DNA from: Octopus sinensis
Lineage: Eukaryota
Assembly: GCF_006345805.1 (NCBI RefSeq)
Contig: NW_021825939.1
Span: 1 to 13,895, forward strand
Length of the DNA: 13,895 nt
Direction of reading: 5' to 3'
A model generated the notes under the pieces. It saw only the letters and a list, made by a program, of their open reading frames with translations, searched no databases and was not told the DNA's origin. Positions 1 to 7,982 of the stretch are shown here, piece after piece. Position 1 is the first letter of the stretch; each line of letters begins with the position of its first letter. The position numbers and the translations under genes were made by a program.

Positions 1-84
<84 letters not shown>
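1..84. repeat. (TA)n microsatellite
   Basis: Near-perfect TA dinucleotide run from the window start. Confidence 0.98.
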
Positions 85-88
<4 letters not shown>

Positions 89-90
89 AG

Positions 91-288
91 AACCCTTCGG
101 GTCATGACTAGAAAGTTATCCCCCACCAGGCACAAGTGCGGGGAGGTTGTTTATGGAAGGCCATCAGTCACGCATGGATACGCCTCCCCTCTCCACGCCA
201 CCAGTGTTATCCAAGGCAAAGCCAAAGGGCCCATATAGCTTGGCACCTGTGACGGCGCAACTCATTTCTACATTTAAGTGAACTGAGC
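91..288 (-). mobile_element. tRNA-derived SINE, body/3' part (minus strand)
   Basis: Its reverse complement begins gctcagttcacttaaatgtagaaatgagttgcg, continuing the SINE head at 289-455, which ends ...gctccgttcactcagctgtagaaat. Resembles abundant octopus SINE bodies (recognition). Confidence 0.7.
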
Positions 289-335
289 GCATGGCTCAGC
301 TGAGGACATGGCTCAGCTGAGGGCATGGCTCAGTG
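289..335 (+). repeat. 17-bp tandem triplication containing the palindrome CTCAGCTGAG
   Basis: gcatggctcagctgagg (289-305), acatggctcagctgagg (306-322), gcatggctcagtg (323-335). Confidence 0.95.
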
Positions 336-455
336 ATATGAGCGTCGAGATAACGATCGTGATACTCTGAGTTTGAATCTCGGACGGGCAGCGTGTTTGT
401 GTTCTTGAGCAAGACCTTTATTTGACGTTGCTCCGTTCACTCAGCTGTAGAAATA
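289..455 (+). mobile_element. tRNA-derived SINE head (plus strand), inverted relative to the adjacent body
   Basis: A-box-like tggctcagtga (326-336) and B-box-like gagtttgaatctc (369-381), followed by ttcttgagcaagac, similar to the cttgggcaagtgtc segment of the SINEs at 5525 and 11136. Confidence 0.75.
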
Positions 456-473
456 CATCAATATATACACTTG

Positions 474-580
474 TAATATAATATATATATATAGATAGAT
501 AGATGATAGATAGATAGATATATAGATAGATAGATAGATAGATAGAGATAGATAGATATAGATGTATGATAGATCTGTAT
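474..580. repeat. Compound (TA)n/(GATA)n microsatellite
   Basis: Direct reading of the sequence. Confidence 0.95.
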
Positions 581-1376
581 ATATATATGTATACATTTGT
601 ATATGGATATGTATATATTTATATATTTGTGTGCTATGTGTATCAGCAGTTATGTAGGTATTATCTTGCTTGTGCACGTGCGCACTGCACACCTGCTGTA
701 TGAATACACGCATCGGAGGCTCATATGACAAATACACATGTAGCATGCCATGCACATTCACACGCACATGTAGAGCTAAAAATAGAAACACTTTTTTTTT
801 CTTATTGTTTTCTTCCCTGTTTACACGAATCATCTCGAAAAATAAAATAAAATAAGGGAAAAATAAGGGGAAAATACACGAATAAACCCAAGATGCATAA
901 ATACAAACAATAAAATTAAAATGGTGAAATTTTCTTGCGTAAGAACAGAAATATAGCGAGAGAAAGAATGACGACATTTTGGCTAGAAAAACGAAAACAA
1001 CAATTTCGGTATTAGATATAGGAGCATTTCAGTTAAACACCATAAATAAGCGTAAAGTTAATTAGATAAATGATATTTTATCTCGTTAATTAACTGACAA
1101 TACATGACTTGTATTAAATAACAACACGCGTTATGTAACGGCATTACAAACAGGTGACAAAAATCACGTTTTATTCGATATTTACGACTTGATCGGAGAA
1201 GAATTAAGTTCAACGTACCTTGCTGTTTTCTTGTAATATTTATTTTTTTATGTTTCTTTATTGCATTCATATAAAAATAATGCAGGTTTCTTTTTCTATA
1301 TTCGTCAAAATTCACGTGTTACTCGAACCATTGAACTATTTAACACTGACTAAGCCTCTGTCCGAAACCTTGATAT

Positions 1377-1408
<32 letters not shown>

Positions 1409-1571
1409 TTCGTTTGGGATTTGGTTTGTCAAGTTTCTTTATTTGAGTTCGTGTTTTGAAAACGCAACGAAAATTGTAGAAAAATAAAGAAGCAAATAAG
1501 TGGAAATTTTACCAGTGAGTGTATTAAATTATAAGGCACTAAAAGAGAATGACTCTCTCCATACACAACAG

Positions 1572-1595
1572 TATATATATATATATATATATTAT

Positions 1596-1666
<71 letters not shown>

Positions 1667-1830
1667 ATATGTATCTGTATGTATGTATATGTTTATGTAT
1701 ATTTATGTATATATATATATATACATACAAAAATATATATCTCTTTATACATGTATTCAGTTTGTATGTATGTATGTATGTATATAATATATATATCATT
1801 TATAGATATGCATATATGTATATAATTGTA
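1572..1830. repeat. Compound (TA)n/(TG)n/(TATG)n low-complexity tract
   Basis: Direct reading; source of the spurious YIYI ORFs. Confidence 0.93.
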
Positions 1831-2388
1831 TGACGCGTTCGTGTGTTTGTGTGTAAACACGCGCATATGTCTAACCAGGCAGGGTAATGTGTGTATATAC
1901 ACATTCATGTGTCTGGGTGTGTCTGTGTGTGTGTGTAGTCACGAACAAAATTGTTCTCTTTTTCATTCATACTCTTCATAAATACAATTATATTTCTGTT
2001 AATTGTACTAATTTGGAGCGTTCACTGCTGGATTTCATTACGAATATTAAATATTTCGCAAACGAAACAGACGAAAATTCCTATTGTGTGATATTTAATA
2101 TCATTACTGCACATGTTAATTTAAAACACGTACATATACACACTCACACTCTCTCACAGACAAACAGTTCGGAATATTTTTACTCTTTCACATGATCTCT
2201 GCAATTATATAAACGTTGCAGGTGACCTAACATGATTAGTGTAAAACATTGTAGTGTTACTAAGAAAAGCGTAGATTTTTTCATGTGACTAAAGGCCTAG
2301 ATTTGTAAATACACAATTCAGTGTTCGATTCTTCCTATTCAATGGCATATCAGACAAAGGAAATTTCTAGTAAAATTTAGGATCCCAG

Positions 2389-3087
2389 TCATCACTAGTC
2401 TTTCCATAGTTCAGCATAATCATCAGTGTGTGCCACGTCTGTTGATGATCGCAGTATTACTCTGACGGAACTGGTTGACCCTTGCCCTTGATCTGTTTTG
2501 GGTTTCTCTGCCCAGCATCTTGTGCACCTTACCGTTGACAAGGTTGACAGTTCTTCCGCTATAGTTTCACACCTGCTATGCTGACCCCATTCAAGTAACC
2601 AGTTTGGGTTCAACATGAAACCAGCCTGCCTTGCGTGGCTCTCACAGATTACCGGAGGCGATCTTCCTGTCCATGGCCAGAGCAGGAAAAAGTCTCTTTC
2701 ATGGGACGGTATAACTCAATGAGGCAATCCCAGATTGTTGCCACCACCACATGAAATACGTCGAGGGAGCACCCAACAGTAGAATGGTTATATGAGAATG
2801 TACCAACTCTCTCATCAACCACCTAAGAGTGAAGGTTGAGGTTTGCTGGCCACTGCTTGAGATGTAAAGAAGAACTACTGAGTAGTGTGTTGCTGTGAAC
2901 ACTAAATCTTGGTACAACAGAAGCTGCAAGACCACTGAAGCCGTATATACAACAGCTAGCAGAAGATGTTGGTTGCCAAGTGGAAGACCTAAAAACACTA
3001 ATGAAAGATCGGGATAGATGGAGAGAGGTAGTCAAGCTGGCCCAGGCAATCAGCTTGACTGGAGGATGCTTCCTTTAAAAAGAAAGA
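2389..3087 (+). mobile_element. 699-bp RTE/RTE-X-like non-LTR retroelement insertion bounded by a 10-bp TSD
   Basis: Direct repeat AGGATCCCAG at 2379-2388 and 3088-3097; A-rich end (aaaaagaaaga). The frame starting at 2782 reads EWLYENVPTLSSTT*E*RLRFAGHCLRCKEELLSSVLL*TLNLGTTEAARPLKPYIQQLAEDVGCQVEDLKTLMKDRDRWREVVKLAQA, matching the RTE-clade ORF C-terminus (RLRFAGHC...LLW...YI.QL.ED.G...M.DR..WRE.V). Confidence 0.8.
2755..3068 (+). pseudogene. Decayed C-terminus of an RTE/RTE-X reverse-transcriptase ORF
   Basis: Motif RLRFAGHC at 2833-2856; in-frame stops at 2824, 2830 and 2896 (the last where Trp is expected in LLW). Confidence 0.8.
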
Positions 3088-3491
3088 AGGATCCCAGGTT
3101 ATTATTTACGATCTACGTCTGCAAAATGTAAAGATATTTAATGAAATACTGAAATGCTAGTAAGTCACGATTTAAAAGTAATGGCTTACGTTTGAAGGGG
3201 AAAAACTTCGCCAGTGTTATAAAAGCTCTCAGATTATATTGCATGGAACGCATGGAACATTAGTTGTCGCAGGACTAACTGCTCTGAAAGTGTATATTAG
3301 GGGAGTTGGGTGCCAAAACGACAGACGGGCGGTATGCTGAAAATGAAGAAACATCTATGTAAAAATAGCAGCCTTTCTTTGGTACTTTAGAAGAAATGCT
3401 TAAAAGCGGAAAAGAAATAATGGATCACTTGTTTCAATGTTGAAAATCATTCATTAGTATTTCTGTTATGAGAAGTGATATAACACCAAAC

Positions 3492-3525
3492 ATCACAATC
3501 ATCATCATCATCAATATCGTGATTA

Positions 3526-3564
<39 letters not shown>

Positions 3565-3600
3565 TATATATATAATATATATATATATAATATATATATA
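3492..3600. repeat. Compound (CAT)n/(CT)n/(TA)n microsatellite
   Basis: Direct reading. Confidence 0.93.
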
Positions 3601-3973
3601 AGAACAGGTTGCTTGACCGCATACCGAAAAGTAGAAATAGGCAGTCAAGAATGCTTATTTCTATTTTCCACAAGTGGGGCTCCACACACGACAAACCCTG
3701 CAATTCACATATGCAAAACAGAAGGAATAGATATCGAAAACGAAGTCTGCTGGTTATCTGTGAACATCATGTTTCTGGATTATAAACATATTGAATATAT
3801 ATTTCATATATATTGCATATATATTTCACATCCGTCTTCAGCACAGCATATGTGAATTGCAGGGTTTGTCGTGTGTGGAGCCCCACTTGTGGAAAATAGA
3901 AATAAGCATTCTTGACTGCTATTTCTACTTTTTCAGTATGCGGTCAAGCAACCAGTTGCCTGTCCCTTTTTCT
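3601..3973 (-). mobile_element. Fold-back element: long inverted arms (3601-3714 / 3846-3973) around a hammerhead-containing spacer; PLE/retrozyme-like terminus
   Basis: 3603-3714 and 3846-3957 are reverse complements with about 4 differences in 112 nt. The right arm extends to 3973, and the left arm lacks about 14 nt of that outer part. The spacer folds as a hammerhead on the minus strand. Confidence 0.8.
3758..3846 (-). ncRNA. Type I hammerhead ribozyme motif with intact catalytic core
   Basis: Minus strand: CUGUG (stem I) - CUGAAGA - C - GGAU [49-nt AU-rich loop] AUCC - A - GAAA - CA UGA UG - UU / CACAG (stem I'). Predicted cleavage after GUU, between 3763 and 3762. Confidence 0.72.
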
Positions 3974-4115
3974 TATATACAATATATATACTGAACTTTA
4001 CAGAAGTTCCTACCGTTAATCGGCTATATTTACATACCGAATTCTACCAGTAAATAATTGTGGTCTTTTTTTAAAAACCATTATAAAAATTATTTACTCT
4101 TATTATTATATTATA

Positions 4116-4624
4116 TCTATATATATAAAACTGTAGTTGTGTGAGTGTCTGTCCCCTTCGATTTAGATTCCTAACTCCTCCCACATTTTGCGGTGCAGTT
4201 TAACCAAATTCGGGTATCTTATAGTCGTGATTCATATCGAGCCCGTCTGAGTATTAGCACGCGTCAACGATGAGTCTACGATTTAAAAAATAATTTAACA
4301 TCATTTTTTATTCCATTTTAATGCATAATTTTTCGTGTGTCGATGGCGGCGGCGTTGGCGTCCACGCTCACAGCTGCACTGTTTGCTTCTCCCCCATCCC
4401 TCCCTCGTGAAGCTGTGGGGGAAGAGGTGTAAGGAAATCAACGTCGTAATGCGTTGTCAAGGAGACCAGCGTTCTTTTAGAACAACGACTTCATGGCTTG
4501 AAGATACCAAAACAGAAATGGCTAAGAAAGCCCGAATGGCATCTATAAGGGAAGTAAACTCTCTAAAAATGCTTATATAGTTATTTCCCTTACAAACCCG
4601 AGCAACGCCGGGCGATACTGCTAG
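4116..4624 (+). mobile_element. Non-autonomous Helitron, copy 1 (509 bp)
   Basis: A|TCTATATATATAAAAC 5' end; subterminal hairpin CCCGAGCAACGCCGGG (4597-4612) 8 nt before the CTAG|T 3' end; A/T insertion site. These are canonical Helitron hallmarks. Confidence 0.9.
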
Positions 4625-4641
4625 TATATATATATATATAA

Positions 4642-5143
4642 TCTATATATATAAAACTGTAGTTGTGTGAGTGTCTGTCCCCTTCGATTTAAATTCCTAA
4701 CTCCTCCCACATTTTGCGGTGCAGTTTAACCAAATTCGGGTATCTTATAGTCGTGATTCATATCAAGCCCGTCTGACTATTAGCGCGCGTCAACGATGAG
4801 TCTACGATTTTAAAAATATTTAACATCATTTTTTATTCCATTTTAATGCATAAAATGCATCGTGTGTCGATGGCGGCGGAGTTGGCGTCACGCTCACAGC
4901 TGCACCTGTTTGCTTCTCCCCTTCCCTCCTCGTGAAGCTGTGGGGAAGGGAGTTGTAAAGAAATCAACGTCGTAATGCATTGTGAAGGAAACCAGCGTTC
5001 TTTTAGAACAACGACTTCATGGCTTGAAGACACCAAAACAAAAATGGCTAAGAAAGCCCGAATTTATAAGGTGAGTAACTCTCTAAAAATGCTTATATAG
5101 TTATTTCCCTTACAAACCCGAGCAACGCCGGGCGATACTGCTA

Positions 5144-5144
<1 letters not shown>
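4642..5144 (+). mobile_element. Non-autonomous Helitron, copy 2 (503 bp)
   Basis: Same A|TC start, hairpin (5117-5132) and CTAG|T end; roughly 94% identical to copy 1 by eye. Confidence 0.9.
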
Positions 5145-5190
<46 letters not shown>

Positions 5191-5342
5191 TATATATATA
5201 TATATATAATATAATATGTTATATATGAATATATGTATATGATATATATGGGCTATGATATATTTAGTAATATACATGTATATATATATATATATTCAAC
5301 TATATATATATACATGTACATACATTCATATATATATATATA
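5145..5342. repeat. (TA)n microsatellite and decayed TA tract
   Basis: Direct reading. Confidence 0.93.
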
Positions 5343-5348
5343 CGATTT

Positions 5349-5431
5349 CCGGCGACGGGAATTGTACTCACCCGGGGAATTGGACTCATGTGAGCTGATC
5401 CCCTCTGACCACTAAGACACACACCTTTACA
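5349..5431 (-). mobile_element. Degraded tRNA-SINE head fragment
   Basis: Minus strand gtaaaggtgtgtgtcttagtggtcagagg... has an A-box-like tcttagtgg and a duplicated B-box-like gagtccaattccc / gagtacaattccc. Confidence 0.5.
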
Positions 5432-5524
5432 AGTAGATATATGGATATTTACGTATATGTATGCACGTGTATATGTGTGTGTGTTGGTGTGTATATAGAT
5501 AACTAAATAGACAGACAGACAGCA

Positions 5525-5918
5525 GGAGTGGCTGTGTGGTAAGTAGCTTGCTAACCAGCCACATGGTTCCGGGTTCAGTCCCACTGCGTGGCATCTTGGG
5601 CAAGTGTCTTCTGCTACAGCCCCGGGCCGACCAATGCTTTGTGAGTGGATTTGGTAGACGGAAACTGAAAGAAGTCTGTCGTATATATATATATATGTAT
5701 ATATGTGCTTCTGTGTTTGTGTGTTTGTTCCCCTAGCATTGCTTGACAACCGATGCTGCTGTGTTTACGTCCCAGTCACTTAGTGGTTCGGCAAAAGAGA
5801 CCGATAGAATAAGTACTGGGCTTACAAAGAATAAGTCCCGGGGTCGATTTACTCGACTAAAGGCCGTGCTCCAGCATGGCCGCAGTCAAAATGACAAACA
5901 AATAAAAGAGTAAAAGAG
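5525..5918 (+). mobile_element. tRNA-derived SINE (octopus-type), copy 1
   Basis: A box tggctgtgtgg (5529-5539), B box gggttcagtccc (5571-5582), CORE-like cttgggcaagtgtc, internal TA/TG microsatellite and (taaaagag)2 tail. A homologous copy lies at 11136-11509. Confidence 0.85.
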
Positions 5919-5927
5919 TATATATAT

Positions 5928-5981
<54 letters not shown>

Positions 5982-6000
5982 TAGACAGATAGATAGATAA

Positions 6001-6083
<83 letters not shown>
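5919..6083. repeat. Compound (TA)n-(GA)n-(GATA)n microsatellite at the SINE tail
   Basis: Direct reading. Confidence 0.97.
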
Positions 6084-6084
<1 letters not shown>

Positions 6085-6536
6085 GGAAGAAAGTAGACAC
6101 AGAATGACAGATTGGAAGATAGATAGCTAAATAGTGTTTGTCATATAAAATTTTAGATAAACATACTGTATATGATTAGTTGCGACGTTTTATAAATGTT
6201 GGTTTTTGAGGTAGTCAAAACTGAGCGACTCTTTAAGTAAGGGAGGTAAATGTTACTGGATAGCGTTGGCTATTGCGTGTGAAAAAAATCTATATTTGTT
6301 CAACGTATAATATAACCTTCAATCGGATATCTTGGTGGTTGTAACTTAATATTATACAATCTTGTAGATAATAATATATAGACGTATGGAAGCTTCAAAT
6401 ATCAGAGGCTGAATAATAAAGAGGTGGAGAATAAAAAAATGTGGCCTAGAATTATGTTTATATATATATGTGTTTGTGTGTGTGTGTTGAAATGTACTGG
6501 CTTACGTACGTGTATGTCTGTATATTTGAATGCGTA

Positions 6537-6561
6537 TGTATATGTGAGTGTGTATATATTA

Positions 6562-6612
<51 letters not shown>
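6537..6612. repeat. (TA)n microsatellite
   Basis: Direct reading. Confidence 0.93.
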
Positions 6613-6618
<6 letters not shown>

Positions 6619-6911
6619 TCGAGACAAAACCACTATTTTAAAACCAAACAAGGAAGACTTAATCAATACATAAAATTTATATAAATTAAATAAACCGCCA
6701 CTACTGAAGATTGTCGGAGCAGACATGAACATTTGTAGTGGCGGTTTATTAATTTATATTAAAATTTTATGTATTGATTAAGTCTTTCCTTGTTTGGTTT
6801 AAAAATAGTGGTTTTGTCTCGAATTATATTATATAATATTTTACTATAAATTGGATTTAACCCTAAATCTGATTTTTCCCTGTAATTTTGGATTCATTCC
6901 CTAATATTTAT
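6611..6911 (+). mobile_element. Fold-back element with a hammerhead at the inversion axis; PLE/retrozyme-like terminus
   Basis: Inverted arms 6611-6704 and 6735-6831 (about 6 differences, all in homopolymer runs) around a 30-bp spacer. AT-rich sequence continues to about 6911, then (TA)n follows; the 3' limit is approximate. Confidence 0.78.
6695..6744 (+). ncRNA. Hammerhead ribozyme-like motif (core one A short)
   Basis: CCGCCAC-(UA)-CUGAAGA (6704-6710)-U-UGUC GGAGCA GACA-U-GAAC (canonical GAAAC)-AUUU-GUA / GUGGCGG. The stem I arms CCGCCAC and GUGGCGG are perfectly complementary but have a 2-nt bulge next to the core. Confidence 0.55.
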
Positions 6912-6913
6912 TA

Positions 6914-6971
<58 letters not shown>

Positions 6972-7002
6972 ATGGGTTTGTGAGTGTGTGTGTTTGTGTG
7001 TA
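6912..7002. repeat. (TA)n followed by (TG)n microsatellite
   Basis: Direct reading. Confidence 0.93.
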
Positions 7003-7048
7003 TGAAGACATGCTAGACCGAGTTTAATTGTAGTTATGGTGGAAGCCA

Positions 7049-7450
7049 GTGCCGTCTGAGTGGGACGTAAAAGGCACCATGCGAGCGTTGGGACTCATGG
7101 AGGCAGTACCAAGTGAGCAAGACACTTGGCGACGTATTGTGCTTGCGTTGACCTGTCAAGTCAAGTGTGGCCATAGGCGTGGTCGATGCCGGTGTCACTC
7201 AATGACAGCCGTGCCGGTGGCACGTAAAAAGCACCCACTACAATTTTGGAGAGGATGGTATTAGGAAGGGCATCCAACTGTAGAAACCATGACAAATTAG
7301 GCTGGAACCTGGTACAGCAGCCAACACCCACCCATCCACCTGAGCTTACCAGTTTACAGTCAAACATTCTGACCAATTCCAGCATGGAAAGCGGAAGTTA
7401 AACGACGACGATGATGATAATGATGATGATGGTGATGATGATATAATGAT
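7049..7450 (+). mobile_element. 3' end of an RTE-clade LINE or RTE-tailed SINE with a (GAT)n tail
   Basis: ORF 7049-7264 includes LGLMEAVPSEQDTWRRIVL, resembling the RTE C-terminal LGL...DR..WR..V motif. The segment ends ...ccagcatggaaagcggaagttaaacgacgacgatgatgat, a short tandem-repeat tail typical of RTE elements. Confidence 0.72.
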
Positions 7451-7689
7451 AAGAAGAACGGAGATTTTCCACAACTAAACAGTTATCCTTATCTGGGCCT
7501 ACGCGCGTTTCAACTGCATCGACTGCACACCGTTACGTTTGAAGCCCGGTGTCATTCTTAGAACAGTTTCATTAGGGTCCTAATATACTGACGTTTCGAA
7601 GTGAAACTGGAGGAATCAGCAAGCTGAATTAATAGAGTATTTCTAAGTGGAATGGCTATGACTGTAGACAGTTGCAGTAGTATTGACCT

Positions 7690-7957
7690 AGTGTTCATCT
7701 TGTGTTGTAGATTGAAGAAGAGACACGGTAACCGGCAGGATTATATACATATATAGTCGGCATGATAGATCGGTAGTCACTACATACATTTTTTTCTCTC
7801 TTTGTTTTTCTCATTGATTTTTTCTGTGTCCCTTTCTGTAGAAGAGCGTAGGCTCGAAACGTAAAATACTTTTTCAATTCCTGAGCGTTATACTAATACA
7901 TCTGTCTGTTTTGTACACGCCCTGTCTTCGTCTTTTGTTTTTTTCGTGAACTCCCCC
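7690..7957 (+). mobile_element. PLE-like terminal fragment carrying a minimal hammerhead and ending at (TA)12
   Basis: T-rich leader, hammerhead-like fold at 7833-7866, about 90-nt tail ending ctccccc, then (TA)12 at 7958-7981. The 5' boundary is uncertain. Confidence 0.5.
7833..7866 (+). ncRNA. Minimal hammerhead-like motif with a variant core (A6U)
   Basis: UUU-CUGUAGA-A-GAGC GUAG GCUC-GAAAC-GUA / AAA. Perfect 4-bp stem II, loopless palindromic stem III (ACGU), 3-bp stem I. Confidence 0.55.
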
Positions 7958-7982
7958 TATATATATATATATATATATATAT

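Noticed and set aside
289-335. Palindromic short direct repeats resembling a CRISPR array
   Set aside because: There are no spacers, the unit derives from the SINE 5' end, and the context is eukaryotic.
1216-1290. Possible minus-strand exon ending at AAG|GTACG
   Set aside because: There is a donor-like site only, with no clear acceptor and no recognisable peptide.
1341-1378. CTGACTAAG...CGAAAC hammerhead-like string
   Set aside because: G8 is replaced, stem II does not pair, and there is no NUH triplet after GAAAC. At best a heavily decayed relic.
2395-2616. 73-aa minus-strand ORF
   Set aside because: It lies inside a TSD-bounded retroelement and has no recognisable motif.
3599-3975. Reading 3601-3973 as a Tc1/mariner MITE with a TA TSD
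   Set aside because: TA flanks are uninformative inside TA tracts, the termini do not resemble the mariner end at 9094, and the spacer holds a full hammerhead, which fits a PLE-type inverted terminus better. Not formally excluded.
4335-4580. 81-aa ORF inside Helitron copy 1 as a captured gene or Rep fragment
   Set aside because: It starts at GTG, is disrupted by indels in copy 2, and has no Rep or helicase motif I can recognise.
5525-5600. tRNA gene calls for the A/B-box segments (also 289-381 and 11136-11200)
   Set aside because: I could not fold a complete cloverleaf, and they continue into SINE body sequence.
7585-7650. Minus-strand CGAAACGTCAG half-hammerhead
   Set aside because: The GAAAC-GUC half is present, but no CUGANGA is correctly placed (CUGAUUC) and stem II cannot close.
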